Source: Patescibacteria group bacterium (lineage in GTDB: Bacteria > Patescibacteriota > Minisyncoccia > Moranbacterales > DUUL01). Taken from it: a DNA stretch of 64,000 nucleotides. Below the pieces are notes generated by a model. The model saw nothing but the letters and a program-made list of their open reading frames with translations, was not told where the DNA came from and did no database searches. The stretch lies in contig WGDO01000087.1 in the NCBI GenBank assembly GCA_015493225.1, forward strand, positions 514 through 64,513, in the 5' to 3' direction. The position numbers were made by a program, and so were the translations under genes. Numbering within the stretch: the stretch's first letter is position 1; each line of letters begins with the position of its first letter. Positions 1-9,560 of this stretch are shown here, piece after piece.

Positions 1-639
1 ATTGATGCTTTTAGATTAGCAGAGATTGGTAAATTAGAACCTAATCTACCTAAATTCTTTGATTCTCGTGAAACCCTTAAAAACAAACGTTTTCAGTCTC
101 TTTTAAAAAATTTAGAAAAGACTAAACAAAGATTTTCAAGAAGTTTAAATGATGCTATCAAGAGTTTTGAAACCTTAGGAGTAACCATGGACTTAACTGC
201 TCTAGAGGAAGCTTTAAAATCAATAGAAACAGCTATTACAGCTTGTAGGAAGATTATAGAAGAAACAGCTGATGACTTCGCTTGTAAAATAGCGGAAACT
301 CCTGGGATCTCTCTTTTTCAAGCTTCTGTTCTTTCTACGGCTATAGCTGGCAGAGAGTTTGATAGTCGTGAAAAACTAGTTGCTTTCTTTGGTTTAGATG
401 TTAGAGCTAGACAATCTGGTAATTGGTCAGGGGCTTCTCATTTGTCTAAGAGAGGTAATGCTTACTATCGTAAAATACTCTTTCAAATTGGTTGGAGTTT
501 AAAACAACATAATGACATTTTTAAAGAGTATTATCAGAGACTGATTAATGATGGAAAGCATTATTTTACAGCTGTTATTGCTACTGCTCGTAAATTTCTT
601 TATTATTTTTTTAAGGTACGGGTTGACTTTTCCTTATAA
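1..639 (+). CDS. IS110-family transposase/recombinase, 5' truncated by window edge
   Basis: Frame open from base 1 (IDA of the KTDxxDA DEDD motif), then PGI, FGLDVRARQSG (catalytic SG), LSKRGN and ATARK motifs of the Transposase_20 domain. Confidence 0.93.
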   Translation: MDAFRLAEIGKLEPNLPKFFDSRETLKNKRFQSLLKNLEKTKQRFSRSLNDAIKSFETLGVTMDLTALEEALKSIETAITACRKIIEETADDFACKIAETPGISLFQASVLSTAIAGREFDSREKLVAFFGLDVRARQSGNWSGASHLSKRGNAYYRKILFQIGWSLKQHNDIFKEYYQRLINDGKHYFTAVIATARKFLYYFFKVRVDFSL

Positions 640-646
640 CTTGTCT
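1..646 (+). mobile_element. IS110 element, right part; probable right junction at CT 645-646
   Basis: Transposase stop 7 nt before the CT; -35 box TTGACT at 623-628; sequence after the CT matches the 3' half of the dispersed hairpin repeat. Confidence 0.75.
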
Positions 647-715
647 TTAAAAAGGGGGCAACTTAAAATCAAAAATTTTTTGTATAACCTGAAAACTTCC
701 CAGGGATTAAACTTC

Positions 716-2185
716 CTAAAAGTTCTCAACATCAACAAAAGTCGCCACTGAAACTGTTTTATCTTTTTGAAAAGTCTTTTGTTCTTGCTTTTGGTCCTTT
801 TTGGAGCCAATAATTATTTTCACATCTCGATCAGAATCAACTGTGTATTGTTTCATATCCCCCATTTTATCAATTACCTTTACTTTACCCTGCAATTTAT
901 CAACACCAGGTTGCTTTTGAATAAATAACTGATAATTATCAAAAGTAATTGTTTCTGGCAAATAGTAATCAAATTCAACTATTTTTGTTTTCCCCAACTG
1001 AATTTGATGCAATACCCCAAAACTTTTTTTACCCATCGCTTTATCAAAATCAACAAATTCTAATCCCTCTAAACCATCCGTATCATAAAGCCAACTTTTG
1101 TCTGGAACAAAAATTCTTAAATAAGTACGATAATCTTCAGTCAACAAATCCCTGACTGTTCCCTGATGAGTATAAGTTATTTTTAATCTCACTGCTGGTC
1201 TTTTTCGACGAAAATCAACTATATATTCAAAGCGACGTTTCATCACCGCATCAGACTTACGTGATCCTAAATTAGCATCGACCATCATTAAATAATCCCC
1301 CGAAACATTTTGTCTCACTTCTCCAGACCAGCCTAATTTTTCAACCTTAGATTGCAAATCTTTATTTGCAAAATACAACATCACGTCTTTTCTATTTAGA
1401 TGTTGCTCTATTTTACTCAACAACTGCTTTTTCTGACTCCAATCCAATTCCTGAGCCTTTTGCACAATAGCTTTAAACATTTTTTTCATAATATATTTTC
1501 GCTTACCCTTTTCAATACCCTGATCATAATACCCTTTCTCTACTTGATATTCCAATTGTTCAATAACGTTGTCACTATTGTAAATTCCTGGATAACCATC
1601 CACCTTAATAGGACCAATCACTTCTAAAAATGACGGCAACAATTCTGTTGACAGGGCAATTACTCCATCTATTTTTTCTTGCCCTCCTTCTAAATGATAA
1701 AAATACTCCGCCCGTTGAGCATTAATTGGAAAATCAGGTGACCAATTACTGTCCCGTAATTCCCAATCTTTAATTCCCAGCATATCTTGCATTGGTTTTG
1801 GTGGTGCAATTTGACTAGAACTACCAGAATCAAAAACATTAGTATTATGAGAATCTGCAAAAACAATTTTCCCATCTTTAATCTTCATAATTCCAAAAGA
1901 CCCAATATATCCACCTCCCGGTCTTAATTCATTGTTATTTTGAAAAAGTAACAAAAAAGTACTTTCCTTTTTTTGAGATAAAGATTCCACTATATTCATC
2001 ACTCCAGTCAATTCTGTTTTGTGAACATTACTAAGAGGTAATACATTCACTACAGGTTTTATAAAAGAGATTAACCCCAAATAATTATTATTTCTATATT
2101 CCAAAAAAATATACCACCCAAACAATAATAATGCAGAAATAACCCAAAAACCAAACCAAAATTTTAATGAATGTTTTTTTCTCAT
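716..2185 (-). CDS. DUF4012-domain membrane-anchored protein
   Basis: N-terminal TM; LLFQNNNELRPGGGYIGS, RDSNWSPDFP and VDANLGSRKSD motifs typical of DUF4012. Confidence 0.85.
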   Translation of the reverse strand: MRKKHSLKFWFGFWVISALLLFGWYIFLEYRNNNYLGLISFIKPVVNVLPLSNVHKTELTGVMNIVESLSQKKESTFLLLFQNNNELRPGGGYIGSFGIMKIKDGKIVFADSHNTNVFDSGSSSQIAPPKPMQDMLGIKDWELRDSNWSPDFPINAQRAEYFYHLEGGQEKIDGVIALSTELLPSFLEVIGPIKVDGYPGIYNSDNVIEQLEYQVEKGYYDQGIEKGKRKYIMKKMFKAIVQKAQELDWSQKKQLLSKIEQHLNRKDVMLYFANKDLQSKVEKLGWSGEVRQNVSGDYLMMVDANLGSRKSDAVMKRRFEYIVDFRRKRPAVRLKITYTHQGTVRDLLTEDYRTYLRIFVPDKSWLYDTDGLEGLEFVDFDKAMGKKSFGVLHQIQLGKTKIVEFDYYLPETITFDNYQLFIQKQPGVDKLQGKVKVIDKMGDMKQYTVDSDRDVKIIIGSKKDQKQEQKTFQKDKTVSVATFVDVENF

Positions 2186-2194
2186 AGTAAATTA

Positions 2195-3718
2195 TTACAA
2201 ATTATTATCAAGTTTAGTTTCAGTCAAGCCAAACTCAATTTGATTATACTTCAAGTTTTGCAACACTCCATATAATAACCAAAACAAAAGTGCCACTGGT
2301 CCAACAAATAGGATATTATTAAATAATCCCAACAAAACAAACTCCACAAATATTGTTAAAATAACCACCAACCAAATTCTCTCAAATCCATCTGACTTTA
2401 AATAGGCCGATCTAATTTCCCTAAAATATTGTCCCAACCCCAACAAAAATAATCCCAAGCCAATAATACCAAATTTAGAGAATACCACTAAATACGAATT
2501 ATATATTTGCTGTCGCCAAGACTCATCAAACCCACGCCAAAACCAATCAACCCCCTGTGTATTTTTAATATTATGCCAAAGAGTTAACAAATAAGTTTTT
2601 TGTCTTACCATTAAAGCTGGCTCGAATCCCGGCAAAATTAAAACAAAGACCAGCAATAAAATTAAAGTTATCCAAATAATTTTCTGCTCTCTTAATAAAA
2701 TACCCATAATTAGCAAAGCCACTCCCAAAATAATTAAAGCCATATAGGAAAAAGTTAAAATTAAGGCAGAAATTTGAATAATAAATAAAATCAAAAACAA
2801 TCTTTGTCTACTAATTTTCAATTTTAACGGAGTTTTTAAATCAACAACCTTGTTTGCACTTCTAATCTGACCATTAAATGCCGAGTCAAGGACATTCTTC
2901 AAATATGAACTACCCCTTTCCGTCCAGCTAAGGCTAGCAATGGTTGATAAATCATATTTTTGTATTAACAACATCCCCAGGGTAATTGGTATGGTAATTA
3001 GTAATAACATTGCTAAAATATTATCTCCCAATTGTAAAAATAATTTATCTCCAAAAAAACCAGTTAGTTGTCGTATTCCATCCTGGGCAGAAATATTAGC
3101 AAAAACTTCACTGGTAATACCAATACCATTATTTAATTCCAAATTAAAAATTCTAGCCAATAGACCAAATAGAGCTTGCCCAGTTCCAATCATAATAATA
3201 ATCAAAAAGAATTTTTCCAAACGTTTTCCCGTTTGAAAAAAATATTGAAAAGAAATAATAATCATTGGATAAACAACAAATACCATAACCAATTGATACA
3301 GTGTTACTTGATTAATCTCCTTACTAATATCAAATGAATTTCCAAACAAGATTAACACTCCTCCTAAAATTATTAGTCCTAACCAGTAGTAAAATAAAGG
3401 AAATAATTTAATTTTATTTTTATCCAGTAATAAATTTCCTAAACCAATAATTGCCAAAACCAAAGTAAAAATTTCTTCCAAAGACACTAAGTTATCAGCA
3501 ATATAAATAGTTGGAAAAATTGTAATAATTAAGATTGAAAAAATCCAACCGAAATGAAAACTTTTTTGAAAAATTGCTAAATTAACAAAAATAACAAACG
3601 TCAAAAAAGCCAATGTTAAATTCAAAGTAGCTACTAAAATAAAAGAAAAAGCCAATGACCCAAAAACAATAGTCATTAATTCTTTTTGCTTTTTCAGTTG
3701 TTGCCAATATCTCTGCAC
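2195..3718 (-). CDS. polytopic membrane protein, O-antigen ligase/Wzy-like
   Basis: About 12 TM segments; YNSYLVVFSKFGIIG resembles the HNxYL...GxxG ligase motif. Confidence 0.6.
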   Translation of the reverse strand: MQRYWQQLKKQKELMTIVFGSLAFSFILVATLNLTLAFLTFVIFVNLAIFQKSFHFGWIFSILIITIFPTIYIADNLVSLEEIFTLVLAIIGLGNLLLDKNKIKLFPLFYYWLGLIILGGVLILFGNSFDISKEINQVTLYQLVMVFVVYPMIIISFQYFFQTGKRLEKFFLIIIMIGTGQALFGLLARIFNLELNNGIGITSEVFANISAQDGIRQLTGFFGDKLFLQLGDNILAMLLLITIPITLGMLLIQKYDLSTIASLSWTERGSSYLKNVLDSAFNGQIRSANKVVDLKTPLKLKISRQRLFLILFIIQISALILTFSYMALIILGVALLIMGILLREQKIIWITLILLLVFVLILPGFEPALMVRQKTYLLTLWHNIKNTQGVDWFWRGFDESWRQQIYNSYLVVFSKFGIIGLGLFLLGLGQYFREIRSAYLKSDGFERIWLVVILTIFVEFVLLGLFNNILFVGPVALLFWLLYGVLQNLKYNQIEFGLTETKLDNNL

Positions 3719-3750
3719 TTGTTTGATATAAAAAATTATACTAACTCATC

Positions 3751-3779
3751 ATTATACTATAGTTTGTCATTTTTGTCAA
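3751..3779 (-). promoter_or_regulatory. sigma70 promoter for the 3718 gene
   Basis: Perfect TTGACA-17-TATAAT on the minus strand. Confidence 0.8.
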
Positions 3780-3849
3780 CACCATTGACATTCCTTTGTT
3801 TACGCCATAAACTAAGGATAGAGAAACAAAATAAATTAAAGATACGTCT

Positions 3850-4644
3850 ATGCTTAACTTTGCTGCAATTTGCCCCCATCCTTTAATATTGGCACCAGGA
3901 ATTAAAAGTTCCGAGAAAAATCTTCTACAAAAAACAACCAAATTTATTGATATTTTAGCTAGTGACCTACGAAAAACAAATCCTGACAATATCATCATCA
4001 TATCACCTCGCGGACCAATGCGCTATGATAAGTTTACCATTAATTTTGAAACTTCTTTCAAGGGGAATTTTGTTGAATTTGGTGGAGATGATTATGATTA
4101 TGTTTTCAAGAATAATTTAGAATTATCCCGTCAAATATTACGCTACCTACGTAAAAAACACGCACCCGTAGATATTATCAGAGAATCAAATTTAGATTAT
4201 GGTAGCTTAACTCCTTTAATTCATCTTACTAAAAATTTAGATAAAAAGCCAAAAATAATTCCTCTAACCTTTACCGCCACCGACTGGGATGCTCAATATA
4301 AATTTGGAAAACAGCTCAGCACAATTTTAGAAGAATCAAATGAAAGTAGCGCCATTATTGCCAGTGCCCATTTATCTAATCGACTCACCGAAGAAGCCCC
4401 TGCTGGCTTTTCTCCCTATGGTATTAAATATGACTCTACTATTACTAAACTCCTCCAAGAAAATGAAATTGACAAAATCAAAGCTCTTAATCCGGAATTT
4501 TGTGAAGAAGCCGGTGAAGGTGGTCTGCAGGCAATTTTGATAACCCTCGGCGCCATTGCCCACACTCGTCACTCCTTTCATCAACTCTCCTATGAAAACC
4601 CTCTGGGAACTGGATATTTAGTTGGAAAATGGGATATAAAATAA
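3850..4644 (+). CDS. MEMO1/LigB-like class III extradiol dioxygenase-fold protein (AmmeMemoRadiSam B-like)
   Basis: PHP, PDxIIIISP, LDYG, AIIASAHLS, AGEGG and YENPLGTGY motifs. Confidence 0.75.
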   Translation: MLNFAAICPHPLILAPGIKSSEKNLLQKTTKFIDILASDLRKTNPDNIIIISPRGPMRYDKFTINFETSFKGNFVEFGGDDYDYVFKNNLELSRQILRYLRKKHAPVDIIRESNLDYGSLTPLIHLTKNLDKKPKIIPLTFTATDWDAQYKFGKQLSTILEESNESSAIIASAHLSNRLTEEAPAGFSPYGIKYDSTITKLLQENEIDKIKALNPEFCEEAGEGGLQAILITLGAIAHTRHSFHQLSYENPLGTGYLVGKWDIK

Positions 4645-4694
4645 TTAAGAATTTAGAGATTAAGAGTTTAGGAATTTGAAGTTATTTTTTTAGT

Positions 4695-4786
4695 CACCCC
4701 CTGTGTAAAGGGGGTCAAATTTTCTTGTCATTTTTATTTGTCAACTAGTTGACAAATAAAAATGCCAAGAAAATTTGGGGGTTTTT
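4695..4786. repeat. modular palindromic element (scaffold plus long hairpin)
   Basis: CACCCCCTGTGTAAAGGGGGTC followed by a ~29-bp inverted repeat and GGGGGTTTTT. Confidence 0.9.
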
Positions 4787-4871
4787 GAGAATTTTAAGTT
4801 TTAAGCTTTAAATCTGTTCATAGAGGTCATAATTCAATAAAGACCACAAAAAATAAATTTCAAACTAAAAA

Positions 4872-7049
4872 ATGAAAAACTACTACCAAATCATCCCCCT
4901 AGTACGACTCCCCTTAACAAAGTCTAATGATTTTACATATCATTCAGATAAAATTATTAAATTTGGTTCGATTGTTAAAATAAATTTAAATAATAAAACC
5001 GTCAGGGGAGTTATTATTAAAAATAAAATTACCAAGCCGACATTTAAAACTTCTCCCATTCTACAAACAATTATTCCCGCTCAAATTACCAAACAACAAC
5101 TTAGATTAGCAAAACTGATATCAAACTATTATCTCACCCCCCTGAGTACCACTTTAAAATTTTTTGCCTTTAAATTAACAAAGAAAGATAACACTAAATA
5201 TTTTGAAAACCTAGTCAAACAAATAGAAAAAATAAACGAATCTAAATGGCAAAAAAAAATTACCTTAACCAAAGAACAAAAAAAAGCCATTAAAAAAATA
5301 ACTTCCCAAAGACCAAATACTGAATCCGCATTTAAAAATAATAACCTCGACAAAAAAAATAAAATACTTTCAACTTTTGACCCCAAGTCATCCAACGGGG
5401 TAAACTTTCAATCTTCAACTCTATTATTTGGCCCTCCCGCTTCCGGCAAAACCGAAGTCATTATTGGGGTTATTAAAAATGTTCTTAGAAAGAAACAACA
5501 AACTTTAATCCTCATTCCGGAAATTTTTCTCTCCTATCAAGAAATTGTACGTTATAGTGGAAAATTTTTAAAAGAAGCAACCAAAGAAGTGGCCATTTTA
5601 CATTCTCAACTCAAGCAATCGGAAATCACAACTATCTGGAATGGTGTTCAAAGTGGTCAAATCAAAATTGTCATCAGTACTCGTATGGGAATTTTTCTTC
5701 CCTTTCAAAACCTTGGTCTAATTATAGTTGACGAAGAACAAGATATTTCCCATAAACAATGGGATACCCCACCATTTTATCACATCCGACAAGTTGCCGA
5801 ATTAATGCAAAAAATTTATACTGAGGTCCAAACAATCTTAGTGTCCTCAACTCCTTCCCTGGAAAGTTGGCATAGATATTCAAATAACCCAAACCACCAG
5901 ATTATTAAACTCCCAGCTCTAAAAACAAACTCCATTACTATAAAACCACCGGAGATAAAATTGGTAGATCTAAAAAAATACTACAAAAAAAATCAACAGA
6001 TTTTCATTTCCAACGAGTTACGATTCGGATTAAAAAATTGTTTAGACCAAAATACCATAGCTATGTTATTGGTTCCTCGTCGGGGAAAAAGCCGTACTAT
6101 AATTTGTCAAGATTGCCACGAAGTACCCACCTGCCCAAATTGCCAAGTACCCTTAGTTCATAGTGAAAATAATTATCGTTGCCTACACTGCGATTTTAAA
6201 ATCTCCAATATTTCCAAATGTCCCCACTGTGGAAGCTTTCGATTACAGGATGTCGGTTTTGGAACAGAAAGCGTTGCTGATAATCTGCAAAATATATTCC
6301 CCTCCGCCAAGGTAGCCATTGCCGATAACACAACTTTCGCCAATAATAATTTTCGACGAAAAATTTTAAAACAATTATATAATAATGAGCTTGACTTTTT
6401 AATTGGCACCTACGGCATCGCCAAGGGATTAGACATTAAGGCTGTAAATTTAGTAGCCATTCTCAATGCCGATAATTGGCCAGGACAAACAGACTTTCGT
6501 TTTGATGAAAATTATCTAAGCACTATTTTTCAATTAGCCGGACGGGTTAACCGTCCCGGTAGTAAACAAACTGGACAATGTCTTATCCAAACCTTTGACC
6601 CTACCAATAGAATTTTCACCTATTTAAAAGACTGGGATTGGCCAGCTTTTGTAAAATACGAACTAAAAAATAGAAAATCATTAAGCTATCCACCATTTAT
6701 ACATCTTCTAAAAATAACCCACAGAAATTACAACCGAGAAACTGTTGAAAAAGAATTAGACAAACTTCACAAAAAATTAGAGAAATACACCCACAACAAG
6801 CAAAGCAATACAACAAGCGAAGCAATCCAACGAGGTGCCAACCGATCCAACAAACAAAACGATAAAACAAACGAAGTGATCCAACTTCTCCCCCCTTATT
6901 TTGGCTACCAAGAAAAATTACGAGGCTATTGGCAAAAAAATCTTCTTCTAAAAATAAAAACTCTACCGATTACCGACAAAAAACTTCTTAAAATTCTAGA
7001 CCTCCCTACAAATTGGAAAATAGACGTCGACACAGAGAATATTTTTTGA
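4872..7049 (+). CDS. priA: primosomal protein N'
   Basis: GPPASGKTEV, DEEQD, two CxxC pairs, QLAGRVNR, YPPF, IDVD. Confidence 0.95.
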   Translation: MKNYYQIIPLVRLPLTKSNDFTYHSDKIIKFGSIVKINLNNKTVRGVIIKNKITKPTFKTSPILQTIIPAQITKQQLRLAKLISNYYLTPLSTTLKFFAFKLTKKDNTKYFENLVKQIEKINESKWQKKITLTKEQKKAIKKITSQRPNTESAFKNNNLDKKNKILSTFDPKSSNGVNFQSSTLLFGPPASGKTEVIIGVIKNVLRKKQQTLILIPEIFLSYQEIVRYSGKFLKEATKEVAILHSQLKQSEITTIWNGVQSGQIKIVISTRMGIFLPFQNLGLIIVDEEQDISHKQWDTPPFYHIRQVAELMQKIYTEVQTILVSSTPSLESWHRYSNNPNHQIIKLPALKTNSITIKPPEIKLVDLKKYYKKNQQIFISNELRFGLKNCLDQNTIAMLLVPRRGKSRTIICQDCHEVPTCPNCQVPLVHSENNYRCLHCDFKISNISKCPHCGSFRLQDVGFGTESVADNLQNIFPSAKVAIADNTTFANNNFRRKILKQLYNNELDFLIGTYGIAKGLDIKAVNLVAILNADNWPGQTDFRFDENYLSTIFQLAGRVNRPGSKQTGQCLIQTFDPTNRIFTYLKDWDWPAFVKYELKNRKSLSYPPFIHLLKITHRNYNRETVEKELDKLHKKLEKYTHNKQSNTTSEAIQRGANRSNKQNDKTNEVIQLLPPYFGYQEKLRGYWQKNLLLKIKTLPITDKKLLKILDLPTNWKIDVDTENIF

Positions 7050-7130
7050 TATAATAAACTTATCTCTTAAAGTATCAACCCCTTAAATTATCAAATTCCT
7101 AATTTCTTAAATTCTTAATCTTCTAATCAT

Positions 7131-7571
7131 ATGCTAGAAATTATTACCTATCCAAATCCAATTTTAACCAAGCCCTGTCAACCAATTGCCAACCCCACAG
7201 ACTTAGAAATAAAACAATTAATTACTGACATGACAAAAGCCATGCGAGCTCACGACGGACTGGGTTTGGCCGCTCCTCAAATTGGAAAAAATATCCGCTT
7301 ATTTTTAACAGAAATAGACCACGAATTAATGGTATTTATTAATCCAGAGATACAAAAATTGTCCGGGAAAGATACTCGGGCAGAAGAAGGATGTCTATCT
7401 TTCCCCGGCCAATATTTACCCGTTGTGCGACCTGATAAAGTTAAAATTAAATTTACTGATACTAGTGGACAAAAACAAATTATAAAAGCCAACGGTCTTT
7501 TGGCTCGAGCTATTCAACATGAATTTGATCACCTGGAAGGAATTTTATTTATAGAGAGAACTGATTCTTAG
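7131..7571 (+). CDS. def: peptide deformylase
   Basis: GLGLAAPQIG, EGCLS, QHEFDHLEG. Confidence 0.97.
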   Translation: MLEIITYPNPILTKPCQPIANPTDLEIKQLITDMTKAMRAHDGLGLAAPQIGKNIRLFLTEIDHELMVFINPEIQKLSGKDTRAEEGCLSFPGQYLPVVRPDKVKIKFTDTSGQKQIIKANGLLARAIQHEFDHLEGILFIERTDS

Positions 7572-7577
7572 CACACA

Positions 7578-7707
7578 AAATGCAAGATACAAATAACAAG
7601 ATACAAACAAATCACAATAACCAATTCTCAAAAAATATTTAAATTTTGGTTATTGAAATTTGAAATTTGTTTGTTTCTTGTTATTTGTAACTTGTATCTT
7701 GTATTCT
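7578..7707. repeat. imperfect inverted repeat built of 7-nt units (CAAGATA/CAAATAA ... TTGTATC)
   Basis: Near-identical copies at about 22136-22255 and 43618-43750, and a half copy at about 37290-37370. Confidence 0.8.
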
Positions 7708-7739
7708 ATATTCCATTAATTATCCCACTTAATACATCT

Positions 7740-8723
7740 ATGATGTCTAACAAAAAAAATAACCAACCATTAAAAATAACATTTTTCGGTGCTCCCCATT
7801 TTTCCGGGGAGATTTTAAAATTTTTGATTAAAAATAATTTTACACCCCAATTAATAATTACCCATCCAGACCAATCAATAGGACGCAAAAAAATATTAAC
7901 CCCCACTAAAACTAAAACTATCGCCAAGAAAAATAATATTTCTATTAAAGAATTTAACTCACTTGATCATAAAGCTATTAAATATTTTCAAACAAACCCT
8001 CCAGACCTAATTATCACCGCTTCCTATGGATTAATTATTCCTCCGGAAATTATCAACTCAGCAAAGTTTGGTGCTTTAAATGTTCACCCTTCATTACTAC
8101 CCAGACTACGAGGAGCTACTCCGATTCAAACAACCCTCCTACAAGGATCACAAACAACTAGCTCCACCATCATGCTGATGGATGCCGGCATGGACACCGG
8201 AGACATTATTGCCCAAAAGCAATCACCAATCAGCCCCACCGACACTTATCCTAAATTAGAACAGAAACTAATTAAACTATCCACTGAGTTACTTTTACCA
8301 ATTCTGGAAAATATTCAAAAAACCAGACAAAAACCAGTCGGAAAACAACAGAATAATTCTCAAGCAACCTTCACTAAACTTATTAAAAAACAAGACGGCT
8401 TAATTGATTGGAATAAATCAGCTCAAGAAATTTATAATCAATGGCGAGCTTTTTATGACTGGCCAAAAATTAACACTTTCTATAAACAACAAAAATTAAC
8501 CTTAACTGAGATTGAAATATTTTCCAAAGATGCTATAATTAATGACGTAAACATTGTCGCTTCCGGCACTGTTTTTAAAAACGAAAACAAAGAAATTTTA
8601 GTTCAAACTGGCGAAGGTCAAATAAAAATAAACAAATTACAACTAGCTGGAAAAGAAGCATTAAACATATCTGATTTTCTGAATGGACAACCCCAATTCA
8701 TTGGCACTAATCTTGCGAAATAA
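7740..8723 (+). CDS. fmt: methionyl-tRNA formyltransferase (start ATG 7740 or 7743; the ORF-track extension lies in a repeat)
   Basis: FFGAPHF, NVHPSLLPRLRGATP, MDAGMDTGDI; follows def. Confidence 0.95.
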   Translation: MMSNKKNNQPLKITFFGAPHFSGEILKFLIKNNFTPQLIITHPDQSIGRKKILTPTKTKTIAKKNNISIKEFNSLDHKAIKYFQTNPPDLIITASYGLIIPPEIINSAKFGALNVHPSLLPRLRGATPIQTTLLQGSQTTSSTIMLMDAGMDTGDIIAQKQSPISPTDTYPKLEQKLIKLSTELLLPILENIQKTRQKPVGKQQNNSQATFTKLIKKQDGLIDWNKSAQEIYNQWRAFYDWPKINTFYKQQKLTLTEIEIFSKDAIINDVNIVASGTVFKNENKEILVQTGEGQIKINKLQLAGKEALNISDFLNGQPQFIGTNLAK

Positions 8724-8726
8724 AAA

Positions 8727-9554
8727 ATGAAAAATAAAAATATTACTCAAAATTTTCAACATTTCAAGCCATTGTTAATTGGTTTTATTTTAATTATTTT
8801 AATCACTGGATATTTTCTAACGAAAACTTGGCAAACAAAAAATCATTTAAATGAATTAGAACAAAGACTGAAAAACAAAAATCAGGAAAGCCAAAACATA
8901 AACATTGAAACAGTCACTCCAGAAAATGTCTACCAATGGATTAATAAATCGGATGTTCAGCTTATAGATATTAGAAATAACAATGAATACAACATCAAAC
9001 ACATTGAATCCTCCATTAATATTCCTTTAGATTCCATCAAAAAAAATATTAGTAAATTTAATAAAAATAAACAACTTATCATCATTGACCGCGAAAATAA
9101 TCTAGAAGGAAAAATATTAGTTGATCATTTTAAAAAAGAAGGATTAAATATTAAATATTTAGAAGGTGGGATTTTAAAATATGCTCAAGAAAATTATCCA
9201 CTAATTACCAATGGTGACCCAACTGTTAAAACAAATTTATTAAAGATTAAACCAATTGCCGCCGAAGAAGTAAAAAAAGATTTATTAAGTGGAAAAATTT
9301 TCTCTTTTATAGACACTCGACCTTCTTTATCTTATAATCTAGACAAAATAGGTGGGAGTACAAATATTCCCTTAGAAAAGATTGAGGAATCAAAAGACTC
9401 TTTACCAACTCATATCTTATTATTATACGATACTAATCCAGAAAGAAGTTTCAAGGCCGGTGTTAAACTCTACGACATGGGTATTTCCAATTTTTATGTT
9501 TGCACCGACACCTACGAACAATTAAAACAAACTTTATTTAATAAACAAAAATAG
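8727..9554 (+). CDS. membrane-anchored tandem rhodanese-like protein
   Basis: N-terminal TM; two IDxR...HI/KI..S.NIP repeats and LEGG. Confidence 0.8.
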   Translation: MKNKNITQNFQHFKPLLIGFILIILITGYFLTKTWQTKNHLNELEQRLKNKNQESQNINIETVTPENVYQWINKSDVQLIDIRNNNEYNIKHIESSINIPLDSIKKNISKFNKNKQLIIIDRENNLEGKILVDHFKKEGLNIKYLEGGILKYAQENYPLITNGDPTVKTNLLKIKPIAAEEVKKDLLSGKIFSFIDTRPSLSYNLDKIGGSTNIPLEKIEESKDSLPTHILLLYDTNPERSFKAGVKLYDMGISNFYVCTDTYEQLKQTLFNKQK

Positions 9555-9560
9555 ACTATC

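Noticed and set aside
7047-7049. Genetic code 25 (TGA = Gly)
   Set aside because: TGA ends priA and clpC at expected C-termini, and long genes have no internal TGA
7653-7739. Hydrophobic N-terminal extension of Fmt
   Set aside because: It is translation of the heptad repeat; ATG 7740 or 7743 gives a normal start
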